Positions 40,191-51,762 of a stretch of 64,000 bases of DNA are shown here, in pieces (within the stretch, counting starts at the first letter, position 1; each line of letters starts with the position of its first letter). Source of the stretch: Yuukianura sp. NJ FZ-2021. Lineage: Eukaryota. The stretch lies in the NCBI GenBank assembly GCA_046563655.1, contig CM102285.1, forward strand, positions 10,850,001 to 10,914,000, read 5' to 3'. The notes under the pieces were generated by a model. The model searched no databases. It was given only the letters and a program-made list of their open reading frames with translations, and had not been told where the DNA came from. The position numbers and the translations under genes are program-made.

Positions 40191-41072
40191 TTAATATTAG
40201 TGAATTCCATTTAATTAGCTAATTACTTTTGTTTCGCACCAAAAAAAAATTAACCAAAAAAAAAAAACAATCGTAAAAAATAAGCCGATAAACTGAAACA
40301 TACGTTCCCTCCAAAATTAAAACTTTACGGTACCGCGACTTCGAGTGAAAGTGAGAAAGAGGAGCTCCTGTCCCTTATTTAGAGAATACACTGTACAATA
40401 ATTACGGGGTTGGTTCGTTTGTTGATGGAGATTGTAGGTGTATTTAGTTTATTGAGGAGTAGGAGCGCAAGGCAGGCAGTTGTAAAAGAATGGGAAATGG
40501 AAGAGCGGAGCGGATTGCATGAACGGTGTGTAGGCAAAGTGCCGATCTGTGTTTACATTTAAAAAGGGGAAAGAAAGTCAAACAGTGGTTTCATCAACAG
40601 TGGTTTCTCAAATCTCGAATCTGGAATTAAAAATTACTGCTGATTTTTAGCAGAGTTTTAGGAAATTCTCTCTCGTCTCAGTCTTTTTTCCAGGAAAGAA
40701 CGTGGAAATTACGCAATACTTTGGACATTTATTTGGTTAAGCTTTAAGCTACTGGAACTGGACTACCACTACTGGATACAAACTGCTGGACAACTGACTG
40801 ACACGGACAGTGACACTGGCTTGCGATTATCCTGTATGATTTGATTCTGTTTGACCCTGTCAACCGTACCAACCTTTGTTGCACAGAGTAACCAATAAAC
40901 ACCGAATGACAATAATAAATACAGATCATGTACCACGCACGGTAATTAAGAAGGAATCACACATGGCAACGGCGGGTCTCGTTTCGCCTCAAATTAATTA
41001 ACTTTGACGCCTAATTAGACGTCACTCATGTTCAATAATTATTATTGAACATGATTTTTTTAGGTAACAAAA

Positions 41073-43422
41073 ATGGATACGTGCACCGTAGAACCAGACG
41101 AAACATCTCAATCGAATATGCAAACCGAGAGCGAGGAACAAGGTCCCTTCCTACTGCAATCAAGTTGCGCTAATTGCTCCATACCCCTTTCAGTCGAAGA
41201 CTTTGTCGCATCATTCACAGTCCCTGGAAAGATGGAACAACGTAGCGTTTATCAAATGATTGAGCTGATCTTCAAAGGACACGAGCCTCCTGACGATCAC
41301 CCAAATGTGTTTAAGTTTTGCTCATCATGTGGTTCAATCTTTGAGAAAATCCTCAGTTTGTACATGGAATTCCTAAGTGTAACCTCCGTTGGATCTTACA
41401 TCTTCAATATCCGACAAGGTGTCAAGAAAGAAGCAGTGGACAGAATTCTTGAGGAAGCTCATGTAGATTTGTCACTTTTTGAAGGATTATCAATCAGTCT
41501 CAACGAAACTCCGATTTTGAAACATGAGACAATGACAAGCTTGGAAGATTCAGCGACGATAAGGTCGAAGAGGACATCGCCTCGAACAAGAAAGGCAACT
41601 GTACGATACAGAAATATAGAATTGCCTAGAAAAAAGAGAAAGGTTAGTGTTTACGCTATAGTTCAGCCGTCAAAGAAGAGGTCGTCTCGGCTCAATAAAT
41701 CAATGGATAGAGAAGACAGTGAAGAGACGAATTGTTCTTTAGCAAGAGTCGAGGAAACTGATCCGCTTGAACTATCATCTACTGAAAACAATGAAGAAAA
41801 TGAGGAATCTACTGAAAACAATTATGAAAATGAAGATGAGCAGTCTACGCCACCCTCTTCGCCACGTCCTCGTCGAGGTAGAAGAAAAATAGCTTCAGTA
41901 TATAAAAGCAACGGCAGAGGGGTAAGGAAACCATTGATTACAATGAAAGTATCTCATATGAGTGTGGATTGTTTAAATTAAAAGAAAAATGAATCCAACT
42001 TTATAATTTTGCAGATTTGCAGAGTTTGCAAAACCCGAATTCCAGAAGACGTGTCAATGTCCGAGCATTTGGAAACGCATTTCGAATTTCCTTGGAAGTG
42101 CGGTGATTGCGGAAAGAAGTTTCGAGTTCGATCGAGTTACAATAGTCATGTCAATGCAAAAAATCATCGCACAAACTACGTTAGCCAGAGACGGGGACTT
42201 GATGTAAATGTTTCTTACCTATATCGTGATTTTCTTCTTGGAATTTTTTTAGTCCTAATCGTTTTGTCGATTTTCAGCTCGCGAGTAGAAAAAATATCTC
42301 CGAACACTCTGAAACACTGTCTCGGCTTCTTGAAATCAAAGATTACAAATGCGATTCACTGGAGTGTGCCAAGGATTTAGTTTCTTTCAGCACTTTTAAA
42401 GAATGGGTGCTACATCAGGAGAACCTCCATGAAGTCAAAACGGGATTTGATTTAGCCACTATTACGGACATGGAAGATCTCAAAATTAAGTCTGGATGTT
42501 TACGTCCTTGTTCTCAATGCGGAAAGAAGTTTAAGAATAACGAGACCATGCTCGTTCATTTGAAGTCTGTTCATCTCAAACTGCGCCCTTATAGCTGCAA
42601 TATTTGTGGCAGAACTTCTTCAACAAAAGCCAACGCCAATACCCACCGACGTACACACGACGAGTCAAACAATTCGGAAAATCCAAAGCACAACTTTTTG
42701 TGTACCCTGTGTGGGAGCACGTTCAAAGTAAAAAGTAAGTTTCTAAAAAATTATTTGGACAAGACGGAATTGGTTATTTGAGGTTTGAACTCTAATCTTT
42801 CCCTTTAGCCTCTCTCGACATTCACGAGAAGACACACTTGAACCTCCTTGTGATGAAATATTCCTGCGAACTTTGCAATTTAAAATTTCCATCACCATCA
42901 CGTCTCAGAATTCACAAAGCTACGGCTCATTGCGAAGAACGTCCGTTCAAATGTCCCTTCTGTGATCTCACTTTCAAACTCAAAGCGTCTTTGGACAGAC
43001 ATCGAGTACGACAGCATGAGAAGAAGTTCAATCGAGACGAGATTTGTGAGATGTGCGAAAAGGCTTTCAGGAACAAAACACATTTGAAGGAACATCTCAT
43101 GGCGGTACACAAGCTTCCGAAGGAACAAGCTCGAATCTCTGCAAAAATCAAGCCAGCAGCAGTTTTTCGAATCCTGCCGGACGGTACGCATCAGTATCCG
43201 CAGAAACCACTGAAACCGAAGACTTGCGAGTTTTGTAACAGGACTTACGTTCGTCGAGAACAACTTTTCACTCATATGATCTCAATTCATGGAAAAACGG
43301 AAGAGGAAGCTAAGGAAATTACGGGACTGGAGTCAAAAAGGAATTTGCTTCCTGGAGGCGGAAATTCTAGTTCGAGTAGAAAAAGGAGAGATGAACATTC
43401 GTTAGAATTTTACCAATTATGA
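41073..43422 (+). CDS. ZAD-like + ~10 C2H2 zinc-finger protein, 4 coding exons
   Basis: Exons 41073-41948, 42015-42203, 42278-42734, 42809-43422. N-terminal CANC...CSSC domain, acidic/basic linker, and fingers such as RPYSCNICGR...HRRTH and RPFKCPFCD...HRVRQH. Confidence 0.9.
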
Positions 43423-43824
43423 ATTTATTTCTATTCTTTTCTTTATTTTTGAAAATCCAGAATTTTATTTTTACTTTGTCTTCATCTCGATAGAACTTGG
43501 TTCGTGAATTTTTTTTCTTAGTTTGAACAAGGTTTTTGTTGAAGATAATTTTCAAATTATGTATCAAGAAAAAATCTCCTTTCTCGCTTTCTCTACGGGA
43601 TTTGAAAGTATCTTTTTCTTCCTGATCTTTGGAACTTGGAATATTATTCAGCTGTATGTATAAGTGAATGCAGTTAAGGAATTAAAAATTCCAGCGTTTA
43701 GAATGACATGCACTCGCCTCGTGTTTAACTCTTTGCTTTGGCACATTTTTTTTCTGGGAATCGCGATTTCTTATTTTAAGACACAAACATATTACAAATA
43801 GTCTACCTAACTTCGAATTTCGAA

Positions 43825-45142
43825 ATGATTTCAGCATCATCAGGATCAAATTTTATCTCTGAGTCGCAGGAAATTTTAGTTCTGGATGGTGGACTGTCAA
43901 ATGTGTTACAGAAATACGTCAATTTTAAGATTGACGATGACCCACTGTGGACGGCAAGGGCTTTGGCAGATTCTCCAGAAGCGATTGTCCAAGCTCATCT
44001 GGATTACCTCAACGGTATGAAATTTTGAAAAGAAAATTTGAAAATATGTTTCGAATTTGATGTTGTTTTTTGTTTTAAAGCTGGAGCTGACATCATTTCA
44101 ACATGTTCTTACCAGGCCTCCGTTACTGGATTTTCAAAATACTTGAACCTCAGTTCATCGGAAGGTGAAGCGTTGATCAAGAAATCAGTTGATCTTGCCA
44201 AACAAGCCGTAGATGACTTTTGTAAATGTAAGCAAGATGGAGACTGAAAAATTCACTAGTATTGGATTTTCAAATGCTGGTTTTACAAAAATTAATAATT
44301 TTTTAGCTCAAGTACTGTCTGTCAAAAGGCGTCCACTTATAGGAGCTTCCATTGGACCTTATGGAGCACACTTATGCGACAGATCCGAATACACTGGGAA
44401 ATACATGGACGATGTATCAGAAGAGGAATTGTCTAGTTACCACTTGTCGCGCCTGCGCATCATGATTGACGCAGGAATTGACATTGTTTTGATAGAAACA
44501 ATGCCGTCTGTCCGCGAAGTACACATCATCCTGAAGACAATGCAGGAGCTTACGTCTCTGCCTACCCTGATTTCGTTTTCAGTTAAATCTGGGCAAGATG
44601 AGGTTCGTTTTGAGTGTGAAGGTTAAATTCACGGTTACTTTCTAAATTCCTCCTATGATCTTTCAGTCTTCAACAGACTTCACGACATCCTATGGAGACG
44701 ACATCAAAAGTATCATGGATTTGTTAATGGAATTTCCTTCTATAATCGGGTTCGGAATAAACTGCTGCTCTCCAAACGTGGTCCAGAAATTCTTGGACGT
44801 TTCAACCAAAGAAGCTGCGACAATTTCAGGGTTTGAAATTGGCAAGTACAGAAGAATTGTTTACCCGAATATTGGAAACTGGTGTGCGAATCATCGGTAA
44901 CTTAATTGTGATTTGTTACTACCGTTGAATTTTGTATTTAAATGTACGATCTTCACCCAATTTTTAAATTCATTCATTTTAGTTCGCTTGATGATGGACA
45001 AGGACACTCTTCACTGGATAATAACATTCAACAATGGATTTCTTCTGGAGCTAATATCATTGGAGGATGCTGTCAAGTTGGTCCACAACAAATTAACAAA
45101 ATTCGTGAAACAGTTGATAACATTAACGAAGCGAAAAAATAG
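43825..45142 (+). CDS. Homocysteine S-methyltransferase (MmuM/HMT family), 5 exons
   Basis: Exons 43825-44014, 44081-44227, 44307-44602, 44667-44896, 44983-45142. Motifs VLDGGL, PLWTA, AHLDYL-AGADII-T-SYQAS, SIGPYGA-L-D-SEYTG, ETMPS, GINC, VYPN and IIGGCC (zinc-binding cysteines). Confidence 0.95.
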
Positions 45143-46400
45143 TTAATTTCAATCGGTAAATTCATTGTCCCTCATTGACCCCCAAGGGAATATTTTGCTC
45201 TACCAATTTTAAATAAATTTCATTTTCATTAAAATAAAATTCAAGTTTATACATAAGTAATTTTCGAAATTGTTGTAAAAATCAAGATTGGCATAAATTG
45301 GAGTGGAGGTGGCCTCTCTGCGTGGACTCTTCCATTTTACGTTCATTCATGAATTCTGCTCATTCATAAGTACACGTATACCTGAAGATTGCGTCCAATT
45401 TTCACTACAATTATCCCAGTAACGGTAAAAGACACAAAACAACCCATGCGCCTTCTCTTCCCGGGTAAGTTGGTTGACGTAAGGTTTAACGAAAGCCGAT
45501 GTACCTACGCAGTAGCCGCTAGGCGGCTATTTTGGGTGGGGTGGCTTGTACGGCAACAATTGTAACCCTATGTCAGAAAGACGGTTTGTCGCCACTCAAT
45601 TGTATCTATGTCCTAAATAATGCTGGAAACACGATTTTAGAATTGGAGTACCAAAAACAATCGAACGAAGGCAGACTGCTAACCTACGCAAAAACCACTA
45701 GAACTACTATTGTCAAAAAACTAAATTCACTGAATGAATAAAACTGTATAAAACATCTAAATAGCAAGGTTGAAGAAGTCAAAGTCAACTTTACTTTTTA
45801 GCTCCTGTATCCCGAGATCCTTTGGCAAACTAATTTATCTACTGTTTCTATACTGTTTCATTCCAGAATTCAACATTATTTCCTCGCGCCGAAGGTGCGC
45901 TGTTAGCTTAAGTTACTAAATAGCAATTGTGTCTACCGTCGGTTCAGTAGTTGACTACTAGAGACTTATGGTTAGGTTAAGTTACCTGAGCCTAAAACAG
46001 TGTTGCCAATATTATTTACCATGTGCCGCTACAACATGGTGGCTAAGGCAAAAATTTTGACGGGCGGCGACAAATCTTGACGCACAGGCATAGCCACACA
46101 AGATAGCGGTCAGCGGATACACTTTGTGGCTACAATGGTGCTCATTATATGTTACTTCAACGCAGTAGTTTACGTACCCTACCCTGCCAAGTAATTCTAC
46201 TGTCAAAATATCAACAACAAACACATGTTTCGAACTAATTTGATTGATTTGTTGTTTTTTGGACTTCAGTTCATTTTTATTGATTAACTTTTTCACACCA
46301 CGATTCTCTTGGTAAAAAAGTTGAAAATTCGTTGGCCGTCTCCGTATTCCTTTGCATATTGCTTGCGGGATAAAGTGTTACTATTACTAACCATTTCGAA

Positions 46401-47408
46401 ATGAGCAGTGCGAGCGAGGAGCCGAAAAAGAAAAGGAAGAAGCCGGACTTACCGATCGTTCCAATTAAATCCACAGCAGATTATCAAAGGATGAAGCTAG
46501 AACGATTAATGGCGAATCCCGAGAAGCCAGTAATGATACCATCAAAACCGAAAGAGAGAAACCTACCGCCTCCGCCTGATTTTGTTAGAAATATAATGGG
46601 TAATTTGGATTTTTTGGATTTCATTAAGTATATGTTAATTTATAGTGTTGTCACATATTCCTACATCCACACCCAATCATTACATAGTTATATCGACTCC
46701 GATTCGTTGAAATATGCGAAACTGAGAGGCTAAACGAGGAATATCTGAATCATTTAATGTGAATTGGTTTGGTTGTCTCTTGTGACTTCCAGCGGAATTA
46801 AGTTCTCTGTTTTTATTTGTATAGGTTCTAGCGCTGGAGCGGGCAGTGGAGAATTTCATGGTATGTTACATCTGTAATATTTGGTGGCAAATGTTGATTA
46901 GGTTCCTTATGTCGGTATTTTAATGCAGTTCAATGTTTCAGTGTACCGTCACCTTCGTCGTAAGGAGTACGCCCGTCAGAAAACCTTACAAGAGCAAGCT
47001 AAGAGAGATGAACTTGAACTTGAATTTAAAAAGAAGGTCGAGGAAAGGCAGAAGATCGCCGATGACAAAGCTGCTAAACGAAAAGCAAAAAGTCTAAAGA
47101 AGAAGGCTGCCAGACAACGTAATCGTGGCAAGAAAATGACCAAGAAGGAATCCAGCAGTTCTTCCTCTTCCGCTGAATCGGATCATGACGACAAGGAGAA
47201 GGAGCAATCCGGGAGCACCGATGTTCCAGCACAAAGCATCATGATTTCAACGGACGATAAAGTTCTGGCCAGTGATAGCGCTACTGCAACAAATCCAACA
47301 TCGAATCCTAAATCCGTTCACGAGACGTCTGAGGTAGACTCTTGGCCAGTCCCCAGTAAGCCAGAACAGTTGTTACCCTTGAACCCGGCACCGGTTTCGA
47401 CTGAATAG
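46401..47408 (+). CDS. PRKRIP1: PRKR-interacting protein 1 homologue (DUF1168), 3 exons
   Basis: Exons 46401-46599, 46825-46860 (36 nt) and 46942-47408 give [34 protein letters not shown], the family signature. AATAAA at 47602-47607. Confidence 0.95.
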
Positions 47409-47837
47409 ACTACCGAAACAACTCATACTGGATAAAACGCTTCTAGCGGCATTGGGCAACCTTTTATACATCGCGTAATGTCTCCCAGATGATGTATCTT
47501 CAATGAATTGGCACAGTTTACAATATTTAACCACTGGAATGATACTATTTAAGATGTACGATGTACGAACCACTTGCATACATCCATATTATTATACTTT
47601 CAATAAATTAATTAACTCTAAATCAAAACAATGATTAATTGCGTCTTATTTCTGTTGTAGATCAGGAGAACAGACGATGCGGGAATGCCCAGCTCCGTTT
47701 CCTCCCATCAGCTGATGAGGGAGTGACAACACAACGGCACCGTTAGACGAACCAACAGTGAAAGGGAAGGGGGTGTTTTATTTAATCTTTGTTTATTTGT
47801 TGTTAATTAACTAATTAAGGGATTAACAACAAGCAAG

Positions 47838-50800
47838 ATGGCGGCGACGCTGAAGGAAGTTCCGATTTTCGGGAAACAACGAGTCAACTTTACCCCGAAC
47901 TTTGCCCTTACACATTTATGTGTTGCGAATAATCGCCTTGTTTTGGCAATGCAAAACAACATCATTCTAAAAATCGATCTGTCAAATCCCGAAAATCCGG
48001 AAGGTAAATGTGTAAATTATTATTATCTTCATAATTTTAATGGTTATTCATTTGTTATTTTATATTTGGTTGCTAGAGATTGACTTGAAGTCTCAAGGAA
48101 TTGAGGCGAAGCTGTCGAACATGTTCTTGGATCCAACCGGTCAACACTTGATCCTTGCGTTTCGTCCTCTTGACAGTCAACACCCAGCACACGTTATGTA
48201 TTCTGGACCCAAGACTTCAAGACCAAAAGAAATTAACAAGTTACGTGGTCATACTGTTACGGCGGTAGCGTGGAATCCTTCGATTACGGATCCAGGGGTT
48301 ACTTCGACATCAACACAGCCATTTCTTATTGGAACTTCGAAAGGTCTACTCTTCGAAGCGGACGTGTCCAATAACGAAGTTAAGGTTTCTAAGCAGGTAT
48401 GCTATTTCTTAATCGATGCGTTTGGTTTCTGTCTTCTGTGAGTGACTTTTGTTAAAGGCTTCGACTGTTGACTTTTGTTTACAGCTCTATGACATAGCAA
48501 AGGATAAAGAAACGGCAGCTGTAATCTCTGGCCTGGCATTCTTTTTCATCCCGAGAACATTGAAGTGCTTCATCTTAATAGCAACTGCTCGGAAGCTGTA
48601 CCAATTCAAAGGATTCATCAATAGTAAGGAAGAACGTCCATGGTTTTACTCTATCTTCCATTCGTACCTGAGTCATTCCGGATCTGAAGAAGTGTTGAAT
48701 TTCGGTGGAACGGAATCAGAAAGTTCACGTTCTATTGGGTCTGACAACAAAGCCGTATCAGACAAAGCCATTTCGAGACTAAATATTTTATACGACATGG
48801 GCACTGGCTATCCGAAAACAATTGGATATCTTGCAGATGGAAATTCCTTGATGTTGAATGACGTAAGTCAGAACCTACTATAATCGCTACGTTATTGTCG
48901 ATTTTTGAATCATTCAGATTTCAAAATTCACATTCATTTGCTTAACTTTTTTTCAGGTCCTATCAGCCTCTAATCAAGTCCCATTGGATAATTTCTTGAA
49001 GGACGTGAAGATGGTGCGTTATCCCCATGCTCACAACATCGATCCAGACATGGACTTAGATCCTAGCGCGTCTCCCTTGTCTTTGCTAATGACGGACTAC
49101 CATGTCTTGTTACTCTACAAAGATTGTATCAACTGTGTTTGCACTTTGAACGAAGAAGTTATCTTTGACGACCGATTTGATCAAGTACGCCTAAATATTA
49201 ATTTAAAGTTACTCTACTGTCTGGTTAAATTGATTCTTAATTAACTCAATTTACATTTCATAGGCACGTAGTAGAGTGATTAGTTTCACCAGAGATGATG
49301 CAAGAGGATCCGTTTGGTTCTTTACTGAGAGAGCTATCCAAAAATATGTGATAAAACATGAAGATCGAAACATTTGGAAAATTCATTTGGACAACGACGA
49401 CTTCGCCAAGGCCCAAGAAGCAGCCAAAGGGGACATTGACAAAATGGAGGAAATTTCGTTACGGCAAGCTGATTACTTCTTCAACAAGAAAGAGTAAGCG
49501 CTTGAATACTTTTTATCGTACCTATAAGCCAATAGCATAATTCACTTTCACATAATTTTAGGTACGAGAAAAGTGCAGTTTTCTACGCTCTTACAAAGTG
49601 TTCCTTTGAAGAAATTGCTTTAAAATTTTCCAAAATTGACGACCCCTTGGCCCTCAAAACATTCCTAATGAAGGTATTTGTGCTAACGTCAATCAACAAA
49701 AAACGAGTCGTCTTTCACTAACCAGAAGTTGCTTACTAATTACTTGTCTTTCTGCTTAAATTCAGAAACTCAGCACATTGGATTCCACTGAGGTGACCCA
49801 AATTACAGCAATTGTTTTGTGGCTTGTCGAAATATACCTCAACGAGCTAGGATCACTGCGAGATTTTGGAAAGAATGATACCGCTGAATATCGAAACATT
49901 GAAGCAGAGTTTTTGCAGTTTATGAATCAGAAAATTGTTAAGGTAAAGTAATCTCCTTCTTCATTGACAGCCGTAAATGAAATGAGGTCACTACTTCTAG
50001 ATATTAACATTTGTTGTTTTGTTTCCAGGATTGCGTAGTGAAGAACAAGAAGGCTGTGTATGATTTGATGGCAAGTCATGGTGACAAGGAGAATTTGGTA
50101 ACGTTCACTCTGCTGATGAAGGATTTCGATGAAGTGATAGAAAACAACATCGGAAATGGACAATACGTGGCAGCTTTGGAGACTTTGAGAAGACAGAAGA
50201 ATCGAGATCTCTACTCAAAATTCATTCCAATTCTACTAGATAAGGATCCAACAGCCACCATTGACGTTCTAATTGATGTCGGACCAATACTTAGCCCAGT
50301 TAAATTATTGCCCAAGTTTTCTTCAAAATTGGACAAGCTCACGGTAAGTGCTATCTGATGGGGACAAGTATAAAATTTTTAATATTTATACTTCATATTT
50401 ATAAGATTTCCTACAGTTGTATTTCTTTCGCCATTGTATTCCAGGCTCATGAAATCACGAGATACCTTGAAAACTGCATCTATTCCATGAGAATGGCGGA
50501 ACAACAAATCCATGACTATCTTCTCTCACTTTATGTCCATTATTTCCCGCCAGAAAAAGTCATGAAATACTTGGAACTTCAAGGAACGGATATCAATCGA
50601 CTACGATACAATCCAACTTATGCATTGCACATGTGCCTGGAAAAGAAGCTTCACACAGCTACAATTCATTTGTACACCATCATGGGATTGTACGAAGAGG
50701 CCGTAGCGCTTGCCATTGAAATCGATTTAGAATTGGCCAAGAAAACGGCCAACGTTCCCGAAGACGACGAAGAACTCCGGAAGAAATTGTGGCTCAGAAT

Positions 50801-51615
50801 TGCAAGACACGTTGTGAAGGAAAAGAATGACATCCAACAAGCCATGGAATTTCTTCAGCAATGTGATCTCCTGAAAATTGAAGACATTTTACCATTCTTC
50901 CCCAACTTTGTTACAATTGACCACTTTCGAGATGCAATTTGTGCTCAACTTCAAGACTACAATCGACATATTCATGATCTAAAGGGAGAAATGGAAGAGG
51001 CTACACGTGCTGCAGAAGTAATGCGTGATGAAATTCAACAAGTACGAAGTAGATGTTCAGTTGTGAAGGCTTCAGATCTTTGCACAATCTGCGAAGGACC
51101 GTTGCTTACCAAGAGCTTCTACGTTTTCAACTGTGGTCATTTCTTTCATGGAAATTGTCTCCTGGAGAAAGTAACGCCGTTCTTAAGTGCTCCAAGAAAA
51201 ACTCTCTTGGCGGATTATCAGGTGACCATAAATAATCTGCAATTACTGTATCTTTAACTTTACTAAAAAGAAAGTTATGCTTTGTGGGGATTGTGAATGT
51301 GATCTAAATAATTTCGTATTTTTTCTTTCAGAGAAAGTTGCAAGAAATTTCCCTTCGGCATGATACAGTGTCTACAGATTCTGTAGGAATTAGCACTCGA
51401 GATCAAATTATATCGGAGATTACTGACATTGTTGCAGCTGAATGTATTTTTTGCGGAGAACAAATTATCAGGTACAGTCGAACGAACTAATTTTAATCTG
51501 TTTATGCTTCCTTATTGCCTTAGTTAATTAAAACTAATTTTTATTTTTCAGATTAATTGATGTCCCATTTATACCCGAAGATGACTACGACCGAGTTCAA
51601 AAGGAATGGGAATAA
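47838..51615 (+). CDS. VPS18: Vacuolar protein sorting 18 (Pep3/deep orange; HOPS/CORVET subunit), 11 exons
   Basis: Exons 47838-48003, 48077-48396, 48485-48862, 48957-49184, 49264-49493, 49562-49673, 49766-49942, 50029-50343, 50445-51221, 51332-51471, 51552-51615. Motifs FLDPTGQHL, FEEIALKF, LRKKLWLRIARHVV, LKIEDILPFFPNFVTIDHFRDAIC, and a C-terminal RING-H2 (CTIC...CGHFFHGNC...ECIFCG). Confidence 0.96.
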
Positions 51616-51762
51616 TTGAAGCGATGGGACGAAGAAAGACATCTTAAGTTGTCTTTAAGTTAAGCCAAAACTTTCATTAATTACGCTACAACCTCCTAAG
51701 CAGCTTCCTGTCTCCTGCTAAAATCTTTTACATTAAAGCACCTTTCATTTAGATAGACGTGT

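Noticed and set aside
42898..43275. Antisense ORFs over coding exons (also 37181-37591 and 55056-55331)
   Set aside because: These are shadow frames of real exons on the opposite strand, with no independent coding features.
43825..45142. Horizontal transfer of a bacterial MmuM-like methyltransferase
   Set aside because: The gene has four ordinary introns and host-like composition, and the family is normal in arthropods. Nothing in the sequence supports HGT without a phylogeny.
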